The notes under the pieces: model-generated | What the model was told of the DNA's origin: nothing | The model's database searches: none | What the model saw: the letters and a program-made list of their open reading frames with translations, nothing else | Program-made: the position numbers and the translations under genes | In this document: piece after piece, positions 52,417 to 64,000 of the stretch | Numbering within the stretch: the stretch's first letter is position 1 | How the letters are laid out: every line of letters starts with the position of its first letter | Source of the DNA: Chrysomallon squamiferum | Taxonomy: Eukaryota; Animalia; Mollusca | NCBI GenBank assembly: GCA_012295275.1 | Contig: CM022672.1 | Location: 22,506,001-22,570,000 of the forward strand | DNA length: 64,000 nucleotides | Reading direction: 5' to 3'

Positions 52417-53533
52417 AATGGATATCTATCATTTTCATTTTAAAATATATCTTTAATGACTTTTAACAAATAAACTAAATAATTACGTCAGATATTAGTT
52501 TTAAAAAAAGGTGTGTGTGTGTCTGTGTCTGTCCTGTTTTGTAGTCTTAACAAATGCTGTCACAAAAAGCTCCAGCAATGTCATTTTTACATGTGTGAAC
52601 GAACATATTTTCATTTTATTAAGATACAAAGAAACAGGTATGCCATTATAAACAATATCAACAACATTATTTGCATGTTTGTGAAAGCATTTGTCCATGT
52701 GTTTGCCTAATTAAATCTATCTTTTTCAACAGATCATTAACAGTTTAATATCAAAGATTAACAAAATCTGCATATATTTTTGCAAGTATGTAACACATAC
52801 ACAACAACAAGTAATATGCTACAAATATTTTTTTAAAACAAAGTTGTTTGATCAGTTAAGGCAAATAACAGCACCAGAGATAAAATGTTAACTAATTCAC
52901 TATACAATCTAGTTTCAAATGTTCTCTCAGGTTGATAAGATTCATTAAAATATTAATTCATTTAATATGAATAGTTGGGGGAATATTTGAACTTTTATTG
53001 AGATTTGTTTTGTATAAAAAGTATGGTAACAGCAAACTCATGAGATAAACCAAGATTTTAATGATTGCACAAAAGGATCAGATGCGTATCATGAATCATT
53101 CTCATTAAAAAAAAATAATAATAATAAATAAAAAAATATATATATATGAATCAATAAATATTAAAATAATTGTCAGAACTACATTTCTACATGTAAATTT
53201 TTGTAATTCTTTTGATATTTTTAGGCATACACAGACAAATTAAATAACATACATACGATTTAAAAATATTTTTAATCTGCCATATTAATGAAAGACTAGT
53301 ATTAACTGCAGAGTACAATAATATAATGCACCTTTGTCTTTTAAAAAATATTCTTGTTTATTTTTTACGTGTTATCATTTACCTATTTACAAAATTTTAT
53401 GTTTGCTTGACAACAATATAAAATTATTTTTTCATTAAAAAAATAAAAATAAGAAATATAAAAAGAAGAATAAAAGTTATGTACAAGTTCCAGTCAGATA
53501 AACCATTTCAGATAATGCCACAAACAAATGTTG

Positions 53534-53578
<45 letters not shown>

Positions 53579-55645
53579 GTTCTGAAGTTAGTTTCTTCAT
53601 CATTTAAACATATTTCTGGTTAAAAACAACAACAAAAAAAAAAAAAAAAAAAAAAACAGGACATCACAGAATTGGTGCATAATGTTTTTATAAAATTAAA
53701 CTAATATTTTGGAATAAGAGCATACAGATACAAAATACTGACTGAATGAAATTTTGATAAAATACTTTAGAACAGTTCAATTTTGATATCTTTCAGATAT
53801 TTGATCAGTATGCAGCTCATTTCAAAACAATAAATCAATGGTTATATGAAAGTGGTTATTTATTTATTAAAATTATTTATTTCATTTTATTTTTAATTTA
53901 TTTATTGATTTACATACATTTATTTTTATTTTTATGCACTTAAGATCTTCTGACACTAACCCCTTGGTTTGTAGTTTCAAACTGACATATTGTGCATTCC
54001 ATTAATTACTCAGTCTGTATACTAAATTTTGATCCATGTATCATTGAATGGTCAGTCAGTCTGTCAGGGATTTTTCACCATTTCATGAATAAAATAGATG
54101 ACAAAAAAAAAAAAAAAAATGTCATACTCATGAATCTGCAAAAGCTTCTTAATAAAACATCTGACTTTATTAGCAGTAAAGATTAGACATACAAAAACCA
54201 AACAAAACATTTAAAAAAATAATAATATATTGTACACATTAATGAAAATTACACTTTAACTAAATATAAAGCTATCATCATTATTATTATTAAACATCAT
54301 TATTAATATTTCAGTTATAAACCTAACTGCCTGCAGCTAAGATTTATTTGAGCACAATGTTTTCTAAAATAAACTGTTAAAAATAAGTTATTAATTCATT
54401 TCCTCCTACTCTAATATCATAAAACATCCGGCTTTTATTAGTACCTGAGTTAAGTAATATGCCATATGTGACTAGAACAGAAAATAACAAGTATGTTAGT
54501 TGTAATATTAGTGTTATCAGTGTAACATTAACATGTTTCTATATATATATACTAAACTCCACAAAACAAAAGTGTGTTATAATTTTACTATTTTGATTAT
54601 GTTTGATGACTGTTAGAGCAAATCATGAGTTTGACTGAAGTTATAACCAAATCTCAGTTTCCCCACTTATATTAGACAATCATGAAGCAAAATTATCATT
54701 TAATTCTACCACAGAACAATTTTTTTTTAATTAAATAATGATGTCCACTTGAGTAGTGAAGAGATTAAATATAATTCATTATAAATGAAGCTATGTTAAT
54801 AATAAGTATGATAAATTTAGGTTTTAAACTGCTATAAAAATTATTTTCTATTTAATGCTTTAATATTATATATATTATATAACCAAGGCAAAGTAACATT
54901 TAAAAGTTTAATCATGAAACAAGATATAATGAAAAAAAAATATATATATGAATAAAAAAATTTCCACTAAAATAATCACATCTTAACTTGCTTCAGGTTT
55001 AAAAAGAAAGAAAGAGAAAAAAGATAATAATAATAATAATAATAATACAAAATAACAATGAAAATCGTCCTTTTTCTTAAAAGACTTTGGTAACCTAAAT
55101 GTAATAATATAAATTTTAAGTACATGAAAACATCACACACACACACACACAGAAACTATTAAACACTACAATCTCCATGCAGAAGACTGCATATTGCAGC
55201 TAGTCCCCCTACTGACAGCCTTTGTACATCTCTCTGGACTTATATCCATGACAAAAAGTTTTGTTAAATAAAACAGATAAATAAAAATTAGAGGGAATTA
55301 TTTTTTACTTATATGGCATCTGGCAGTGCTTGTTTTACCATACAAGTGAAATTTTCTGAAATAACCAAACAGAATTTTTTTTTAGTTTTGTGTATGCTGG
55401 GTAATAATATTTCAGAAATAATGAGAAACTTGAGTAAATTCTGAGTAACATCTATTCTGAGTTATGGTGGGTAATATTTCAGAAACAATGAGAAACTGAA
55501 GTAAATTCCAAATTACGTCTATTCACAGTTATGACTGGTTGATGAGGATATACTCTGGCTGTGAGGAGGGGACTAAATGTATTTTATATTATAAATAATT
55601 AATTATCTGAAGTCTTGTCTACTCAATGTGTAGACAAAGTTGATG

Positions 55646-55746
55646 TCAGGAATTGACATTCGGTGGACTTTCTGAGAGGTTTCTTGGCATTTCGGTTGGT
55701 AATGTGATTGGAATCCGCAATGTACTAAGTGGATCAGATACATAAC
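55646..55746 (-). CDS. TNNI3K: TNNI3K last coding exon
   Basis: [12 protein letters not shown]...NVNS-TGA. Confidence 0.9.
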
Positions 55747-58700
55747 CTGAAAATAACACATAAATTAAATTAAATTAAATTAAATGAAATTATAATTTTA
55801 AAAATTAAAATGTTTTTCAGTAATTCTACAATAATTCTCTTACTGAAGTATTTGATAGGTACAGCTTTCATTATTTTGCTATTTTTTTCAACAATAACTG
55901 GTTTTAGAAACATATTTACAAAAGAGTTACTGCAGACAAATTTGATTTGAAAGGAATCATAAATTAATATTACGGTTTTATAATAAAATAATGGATAACA
56001 GACTTCATTCTATTATAAAACTGTAGAATTTTGACAAACTATTTCTGATAAATGGGTGTATAAAATTACTGTTCCTGCTTACTGTTATATGAGATAAATA
56101 TTATTATTATTTAAAATAAATATTACTATTACTTAAAATAAATATTAGTTACTTAAAATAAATATTACTATTATTTGAAATAAATATTACTACTATTTAA
56201 AATAAATATTATCATTATTAAAAATAAATATTACTATTATTTTAAAAATAAATATTTCTTACCATTTTTGTCTAGATGTGGAAAAGGAAGTCTTCTTCTT
56301 ATTTCATCACCAGATGCATGACTAAATGTCAAAATCATAAAAACATAATTACGTTTGGTCAAATAGGTAAATAAACCAGTATTAATTCTTCAAAAATAAA
56401 TGTAGTGTAATGATAACATTCAGAAAAATAGATACATTCGATGTTATTAGCAAAAAAAAAATAAAAATAAAAATGTTTTGGGGCAGTATTTCATAAAATG
56501 TAAAGTTCTTTCTTTTATTTAATTGCAAACGTTTTGAAAATAAAATCATTATTAAAAAATTTAAATGTATTGTCAACATATATTAATAATTCTAAATTAT
56601 ATATATATATATATATATATAAATATAAACGAATACAACTCTGGCAGGTCCATGTTATATAAATTTAAGTTGATGTATACAAACATATAAAACAATAACA
56701 AATATCATCCAATCAGTAAATTTTATCTACACTATTACAAAAACCAGATTTCGACAAAATAAACAACAACAACGAGGAACATTACCTGTTACGCGATGCT
56801 TCTTGTTCCCAGTGGTTACGTAAAGCTGACACATGACCAGCCAATGGTGGCGTGGATCTTCCCTCGACATCTGAATCTTGATCTGTTACCATTGGCAACA
56901 TGTTAGGAAATGACACTGTGGGTCCCGAGTCAACATTACTGAGCATGGCAACAGTCTGCGAGGCTTTACATTCCTCTAGTGTGGGAAGAATTTCTCGGAA
57001 GTCAGGCCTTTCCTGAAGAAAATATTTTAAAACGTTTTTTTAATCTATGTAATTGTTGATCCTGTTTTCAGTAACCTATTCTGTATAATTATTTTTCATT
57101 AAATGACTGTTAAAAAGATATTTTTCTGTAGCTTAAACACAAGTTTCAAGTTACATTTTGTTAAAAGAAGAGAAAAAGGCAAAAGAGAAAAAAAAAATAA
57201 TTATCAGTTTTTTAAAAAAAAAAAGATTTTATAAATTGAGTATCTGTTTAACAACACCCTGAATAATTTTTGTTTCTAGTCAATAATTGTAAAGCCTTAA
57301 ACACATGAGACTTTTTATGTAAAAAAAGAATATGAAATGCTGAAATAAGAAATATATTGATCAGTAAATAAGATGATATTGTCACCTCTGCATTATTGTG
57401 CCAGCACTTCTGCAGCACGGCCACAATGGGTTTTGGAAACGTTATTGCAATCGGAGGTCGTGTGTTATGGTAGGCCATCTCTGCTGCTGCTGCAGCTAAA
57501 ACAAAACACACAACAAATTTAACTCATTAATAAACTGTTTGTAACACTGGTTACTGTCAGAAAATTTTCTAAAATTTATTTTGTTTTATTCAAAGTTTTT
57601 GAAAAAAAAAAAAAAAACGATTTATTAAGGCTGTTTATAGAACAGAAAAAATCTCAGAAATACATTTTTTAACCTCTCCTTGATCTTCACTGATGTTTAT
57701 GGTATCGATTTTCCATTGTTTAGCAAATTTACTCATTCGGTCTAGATTTTCTTTTTATGTTTTCTATATGAAACAACATCACACAAAAAAACTAAAAATT
57801 AAAAAAAAAATTAAAAATGCAATCCCCATGAGTTCTATAGTTAAAACAATTACCAAACTTTATTATTAGCAAATGAAAAAGACCAACAACTTTCTAATAT
57901 ATTTGCAAGCGCCTTTGTATGTGTCACTGAATATAAATATTACGACACTTACCTGGTTTAAGGTGAGCAAATGGCAGCTCACCAGACAACAGCTCCCACA
58001 ACACGAGTGAGTAACTGAACACATCAGCCTTTATACTGTACTTAGTGCACTGTGTAAATATCTCTGGAGCCATCCAGCGCAAATTCTGAAATATGTTGTT
58101 TTTTAACAATTAAATAAGTGATATATTTACATACTTTCAAGTTTTGTTTTATGATATTGGGCAGTTGCATACAGAGACATACACTCGTACATACATTAAC
58201 ACACACACACACATACATACATTACACATATAAATATATACATATATAAATATAAACACAAAAACACACACATGTTAACAACCATTGGTTTCATTAAAAG
58301 ATATATTTTATTGTTTTTTTTAATTTCAGATATTAAAATTAAACTTTCATCTTTAATTATAATAAAACAGTAATGAAGTTTTCTACCCCTGGTTGTTTTG
58401 TCATGTTATCTTCTTCAGATCTTAAAAACCTGGATTCTGAAATAGCAAAGTAAAATGACATGTATAACACACACATACACACAAATAGTATTAAAAATAC
58501 CCAAAATTATTTCAATTTCTATTAATATCACCAGCAATTTTATATATTCTTTTTTTTTTAAATTTTTGTCATCTTTTCCAAATCATCGTTCTCAGGGTAG
58601 AAAAATTAACTAATTTAATAAATAATTTTAAAATTAATTTATTTAGGTATAAGAATCACATTTAAATTAAAGTTTTAAAAACAAAAATAAAATAATTCTA

Positions 58701-61700
58701 CAGTTTAAAAAGCAAGAGAAAAGTTTTATACCTAAGTATATATTAAAAACAAAATAAATAAATGAACAAGAATAAAATTCCAAAATAAAAATAAAACTAA
58801 TTTAAAATAAAAAAATTAAAAAAAAATAAAAAAATTAAAAACCTCCAAAATCTGCGACAACAGCATGGGCATTTTCATCCAGTAAGATGTTGTGACTGTT
58901 AAGATCTCGATGTATGATTGGCTGAGGCAGGTTGTGAAGATAATCCATACCTTTAGCGACGTCAGTGATGATTGTTAACTTTGACTGAATATCCAGCAAT
59001 CTGAAAATAAAAGTTATCTGTAGCTAGTACATGTAGCTTTAACAAACTATTTTATGTCATGGTGTAATGTTATATGATTTGAACAGATGTCTTGTTTAAT
59101 GTATTTATAATTTTTCTTCTAAAAAAAATTATAACATTTCTTTCATATAAAGATGTATTAAAATTTTTATGACAATGAAGCTTTCCGGATGTAAATTTTT
59201 ACATATTCTGAATATTTTCCTCTGATTAAGCATTAATAAATTCTTCATATTGTACACATACAAACACACACTCACACACACACAATGAATTAAATAATAA
59301 CTGATTATCAATTAAATTTTTATGATTTTATAATCTAAATACATTTGATTTTGTGACAGAAAAATGCATTCAGGTATTGTAAGTAATACAATCTTTAAGC
59401 AGAATAAAAGCTGTATAATCACAAAAATTTAATTTTTTTTTTTTAAAAAGCTTCTAAAGGTGTGAACATACAGATGAGTTTTATTAAATTTAAGATATTT
59501 GTAAACATTATTTTTTACCTTTTCTGTTCATGAAGTAATCCAAACAGTGATCCACCACACACATATTGAGTAACAATAGCAAATTGCTGGAATAAAAATA
59601 TAATAAAAAATAAAAATTAAAAAAAATAAAAATAAAAAAAAAAAATAAAAATAAAAATAAAATTAAAAAACAAACAAATAATAAATAGAAATAGAAATAT
59701 TTAACAGCCATATTTCAGTGACATCAGGCATCATATCAAATATATTTTTAAAATTAATTCAGTTATTTATAATATAAATATTTAAAAGTTAAAATAAAAT
59801 TCAGAATTACCTAAAACATAAGTAATTAATTCCAAAATCACAATATATGTAAATAAAATAACATAAAATATTTCATATAAAACTGATGTAAGTTTTACTA
59901 TTTCAAGAAAAATTTTAACTTTTGATGGTCAAATTACTTTCTTTAAATTAAGAGTTATGATGTTAATTACTAAATTGAACTCAAATGAGGTGCACAGTAT
60001 TTTCTATGATAGTTCATGATATTCTCCCATACAAATGAAATCAATAGAATGTCCAAAATGAAGTGGGTGTGTGGGTGATAGATTGTGTGCAGTTGTATTT
60101 ATAATGTACACACAGACACACACACACTTTACTATATTAATTCATAAATATTTAGAAATAAGAGAAAATGACATATTACTTACACTAGGTTCATCTATAC
60201 ATGCACCAATAAAGCTGATTACATAATTATTCTTCAGCTGAGCAAGAATAGCAACTTCTCGACAAAACATGTCCACATCTGACTTTGCACCAAATGAAGT
60301 AGCACGATATCTGAAAACAAAAAATAAACAACATATATATAGGTATATAGTAGGTATGTAGGTATGTAGGTAGTAGGTATGTATGTATGTATGTAGGTAG
60401 GTAGGTAGATAAGTAGGTAGGGTGAACTTTGACATAAAAGCATGACCACACACAACATACATGTTTATACAGTTCATGAATGTAACTGAACTTCATATAG
60501 CTAACAATCATTACAAGTATTTCAAATAAATTATATTAAAAAAAACAAAAAAAAAAAAAAAATAATAATTAAAAAATCAGAGCAATATTCTAGACATTTT
60601 AATGACACATTCAGAATGTATTAATTATGTAAATTTCAGTTATAAATAACTTCTGTGTATGTTATTAAATAATTATAACATTAAATTGAACATTAATTAA
60701 TATATCAGTTATAAATAAATTAACTATGTACTATGTTCATTAATTACTATACTGAACCTATACATCATCAACTAATTATGAAATAATAATTGCTAAATTT
60801 AATATTAATTATATATCAGTTGTAACTATAGTAACCATGCATATTAATTGGCTATATTTGAACCTATGTATGTAATTAAGACATTTTAAAAGCTAAATTG
60901 AACATTCTTTGTAATTTACCTTTATACACTCACACACGTGTTTGTGTGTATATTAATCATATATATATTTCAGTTACAAAATAAATTCTATCTATGTATA
61001 TTATTATCTAAATATGATGTTATTACTGCTAAACTGAATGTTCTTTGAAAGTTACCTTTTCACTGCCACTGTTTTGCCTTTGCACTTTCCCTTGTAGACT
61101 TTCCCAAACGACCCACTGCCTATAGTGTCCTGTAACTCAATGTCTGTGATCTGAAGCTGAAAATGATGGGACAGATTTGCCCTCAGTTGTAGTACATCAA
61201 TTTTCTCTGAAAACATTAAAATTTTAAAAATAAATATAAAGAAATCAACAGAAAATATTATTATTATTTTATAATTTATTTTAAAAAAAAAACTTTTTGT
61301 AATTTATAGTGATGCTCTGACTATGTTTATAAATTCAAAACTTCATGTAATAAAAACTCCCACATTGAACAAAAATTATTTTATTAATTGTTATTTATAT
61401 TTTATTTTAAACAAAAAAGAACATGCTTATCTTTGAACTCTTTGAGATTCATAAATTAAAAACCAAACAATTAATTCAGTGATAGATCATGCGGCGAAAC
61501 AGAGGAGAAGACAGATTATATGTGAAATCAACTATTCAACATTATCTTTTCTCCCAAATCTACCAAGATTTTTATTTATTTTATCTGTTTAATCAATTTA
61601 TCTTTTGGATTATTTGTTAAAAAAAAAAAAAAAAAAAAATATAAAAAATTTTCCCAAATAATTTCCTCATAACCATTTTTCTCCTTTTCATCAAACCTTT

Positions 61701-63847
61701 ATTTATACATATATTAATTTACTCAGTATTATGGGTTCTACTTGTACTATTTTTAATTATCTCCCCTTGATCAACTCACCCTTTGTCATACTTCTGAGTT
61801 TCCCTAGAGGAGAAGGAACAGAAACATATGAACCCTCACTGCCAGGCTGAGAGTAGTCCCCACAGGCTGACTCATCCTGTGGCCTCTTGTGATGTTTGAG
61901 TAAAATCACTATAGAGTCATGGCCTACAATAGTGATGCAGATTAATTAATTTCTGTATTTTTTAATTATAAATACTTCTATTTTTTTAGGTCTGTGAGGA
62001 AAACCCTAGCAAATAGCGAAGTACATTAATTTTTAATTTAATAATAATAATAATAAAAAAAGACAATTACACATATATAACTTATAACTGAATTTTCTTT
62101 ATTTGTTAATTATAAATAATTTGAAGATCTGTAATAATTATGTTCAAGCTGCATGCCATAATATATTAATTTTATTTTTAAAAACAACTTTAGGTATAAA
62201 CATGAAACAGAATACAGTAAAATAATAAAAACACTGCATAACTTTCTTCAAAACAAATGTTAGATAATATGAACTACTATTATTAACAATATAATTTAAT
62301 TTTGACAACTATAATAGAACTGAAACTAAATAAAGATGAAAACAAAAATATGAAGATTATAATTTTTAATAGGCTATTTGCTTTCTTTAAATTCATGAGT
62401 AAATAAATAATATTTAAAATAAAGTAAAACAATAACAACAACAAATTAAACCTCTTTCATAAGCCCACATCAATGCAGTCTGCTCCTCTTTCTTTTCACT
62501 GCCGCCATTTTGATCACTGACAGAAGCCACAAGATTCATATCAGCACCACTTTCCAGCAGGAACTGAACAACTCTGATGTGACCATGGTAACAAGCACTA
62601 TGAAGAGCTGAAAAGTGAAATAGTTAAATCACAATATATTGATAGACACTGGAACAATAACAGTCTTCATAACCAGTGGAAGGACGAAACTAGAGAGAAA
62701 CCAAACTTTATTTCAGAGAATTTAATATAGACCTAATGATCTTAGATATTAGAAAGATATACAGTTTTCTTTTCATAATTTAAATATTTTGTCCAAAACA
62801 ACAACCCAACAACCTCCAAATCAATGGCTATTTAATCACATCCCAAAAATACACACGCATCAAAATCAAACCCAAACAACACATAACTAAAAAAAAAAAA
62901 ATAAAATAAAATAAAATAAAAAATAAAAAATAAAAAATGAATAAATAAAATAAAAACAAAAACAAAAACCATCAAAGCTATGTTAGCTGAAATGATCAGA
63001 AAACAGACATTTAGAACTGTTATTCAAAGTTACTATTATCTGTCTGTGTTTTAGAGTAAGTTCAGGTTTATACTTGCCTGTGTGCCCATCATTTCCCTGG
63101 TAGTTAATATTTACACTCGGCTGATCTAGAAGATATTTAACTAATTCTAAACTTCGGCCATTTGTACAAGCACTGCAAAATATGTCATATTTACCTTAAC
63201 TACTGGTGAATAATAACAATAATAACAACAACAACCAGAACAACAACAATAATAATAATGATAATAATGTATTTGTAAAACAAATAAATAAAATACACTT
63301 GAGCGAATATAAATCTTTAGACCTATGCCATAAAATTATTAGAAGGTACACAAGATAATGTTTTTAATTGTGTAACTTGCAACTTTCTGATAAATATTTC
63401 AGGTGAACAATGTTTTCCAGTTTATATTAATTCAGTAATGTTTAGGATGCAGTGTTATATACAAATGATCATTATTAAAACTTAATTACTAACTTCTTTA
63501 AGGCAGTAAATATCAAAAACCTACCCATAAAATATAAAAGTTATAAAAGATTATCAAGGCTTCTGATTAAACAATCATTATGTCTTGGTGCAGTGAGCAA
63601 GCATTATTTTCTAATACATAGACATATAGGCTAAGACTACTGTAACCTTTGTTTTAAAGCTATTTGTGACACGAGAAGATTGATCATGTGTATAAAAGAG
63701 TTAATTATAAGCTAATGTATCAAAATAAATAACTTAACCAACCTGTGTAATGGAGTTTCACTGAAAATGTTTTCTTTTGACAAACTGTCGGGTCCACAAG
63801 CTGAAACAAGTTGCTTAGCAACCTCAAATTTGGCATGGTAACAGGCT
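55646..63847 (-). CDS. TNNI3K: Serine/threonine-protein kinase TNNI3K (cardiac ankyrin repeat kinase), 3' part; 5' exons lie beyond the right edge
   Basis: 14 phase-consistent exons. Ankyrin repeats ([39 protein letters not shown]), [12 protein letters not shown] linker, kinase GSGSFGKV / AVK / HRDLNSHN / DFG / [29 protein letters not shown]-terminal GYVSDP. All match recalled human TNNI3K. Confidence 0.96.
56100..56256. repeat. About 21-bp AT-rich minisatellite abutting a TNNI3K donor
   Basis: AAAATAAATATTACTATTATT repeated. Confidence 0.85.
56263..56321 (-). CDS. TNNI3K: TNNI3K penultimate exon
   Basis: 59 bp [19 protein letters not shown]. Confidence 0.88.
56786..57012 (-). CDS. TNNI3K: TNNI3K exon (kinase end and tail)
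   Basis: 227 bp [15 protein letters not shown]...[13 protein letters not shown]. Confidence 0.92.
57386..57495 (-). CDS. TNNI3K: TNNI3K exon (kinase X-XI)
   Basis: 110 bp [15 protein letters not shown]...KCWHNNAE. Confidence 0.94.
57953..58085 (-). CDS. TNNI3K: TNNI3K exon (kinase VIII-IX)
   Basis: 133 bp [25 protein letters not shown]...FAHLKP. Confidence 0.94.
58387..58436 (-). CDS. TNNI3K: TNNI3K exon (activation loop)
   Basis: 50 bp [16 protein letters not shown]. Confidence 0.93.
58843..59000 (-). CDS. TNNI3K: TNNI3K exon (kinase VI-VII)
   Basis: 158 bp LLDIQSKL...[13 protein letters not shown]...VADFG. Confidence 0.94.
59519..59586 (-). CDS. TNNI3K: TNNI3K exon (kinase V)
   Basis: 68 bp [22 protein letters not shown]. 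Confidence 0.93.
60184..60310 (-). CDS. TNNI3K: TNNI3K exon (kinase III-IV)
   Basis: 127 bp [19 protein letters not shown]...GACIDEPS. Confidence 0.94.
60610..61065. repeat. Degenerate 110-135-bp tandem array running into a TNNI3K donor junction
   Basis: Recurring CAGTTA.AAATAA..CTATGTA..CTAAATTGAACATT. Confidence 0.7.
61056..61206 (-). CDS. TNNI3K: TNNI3K exon (kinase subdomains I-II)
   Basis: 151 bp ...[22 protein letters not shown]. Confidence 0.94.
61780..61923 (-). CDS. TNNI3K: TNNI3K exon (linker)
   Basis: 144 bp [17 protein letters not shown]...[17 protein letters not shown]. Confidence 0.94.
62452..62607 (-). CDS. TNNI3K: TNNI3K exon (ankyrin)
   Basis: 156 bp [26 protein letters not shown]...[11 protein letters not shown]. 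Confidence 0.93.
63078..63172 (-). CDS. TNNI3K: TNNI3K exon (ankyrin, GC donor)
   Basis: 95 bp [31 protein letters not shown]; donor CAG|GCAAGT. Confidence 0.92.
63743..63847 (-). CDS. TNNI3K: TNNI3K exon (ankyrin)
   Basis: 105 bp [34 protein letters not shown]. Confidence 0.93.
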
Positions 63848-64000
63848 CTAGAATACAAGACACATGGATAATCAACCACCATGACCAGTGCATTTTAATA
63901 CGATAAAGGATAAAGTGAAATACAAATAATATAGAATTTATAATGCCTGACTGCAAACTATCTGCTAGAACAAGAAACTGTTAAGATATCAGTTTCTGAT

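Noticed and set aside
10428-52710. Numerous ORF-track entries rich in poly-I/L/Y/N, HT, ER or SL
   Set aside because: They are translations of (AAT)n, (CA)n and (GA)n microsatellites or AT-rich intron, with no splice-consistent or homologous signal
50200-55300. Poly(A) signal for TNNI3K
   Set aside because: AATAAA occurs very often by chance in this composition, so no single site can be chosen
55619-55648. TGA-C stop context of TNNI3K allowing an 8-codon read-through
   Set aside because: Not the strong TGA-CTA motif, and the extension has no recognisable signal

Overview
Very AT-rich, microsatellite-laden eukaryotic genomic DNA from an invertebrate animal. A mollusc such as a cephalopod is plausible, but that is only inferred from composition. 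Two spliced protein-coding genes lie in tandem on the minus strand. (1) The 3' part of TNNI3K (ankyrin-repeat MAP3K-like kinase): 14 exons, 63847 to the stop at 55646, with one GC-AG intron. (2) The 5' part of a clade B fibrillar collagen (COL5A1/COL11A1-like): 35 exons from ATG 44805, with a 25.2 kb first intron, covering signal peptide, TSPN domain, variable region, minor helix, N-telopeptide and about 564 aa of major triple helix; it runs off the left edge. Introns hold DNA-transposon relics (two Tigger/pogo-like MITEs, a deleted mariner, a hAT-like MITE) and many mini- and microsatellites. The most unusual signal is recurring degenerate tandem copies of exon-intron junctions at about 8 junctions in both genes. 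These often keep GT or AG, including three intact GTGAGT donors at the N-propeptide/helix boundary and AG|GTAAGT recursive-splice-like sites. Almost all supplied ORFs are microsatellite artefacts. All comparisons to human proteins and repeats are from memory, not from a search.
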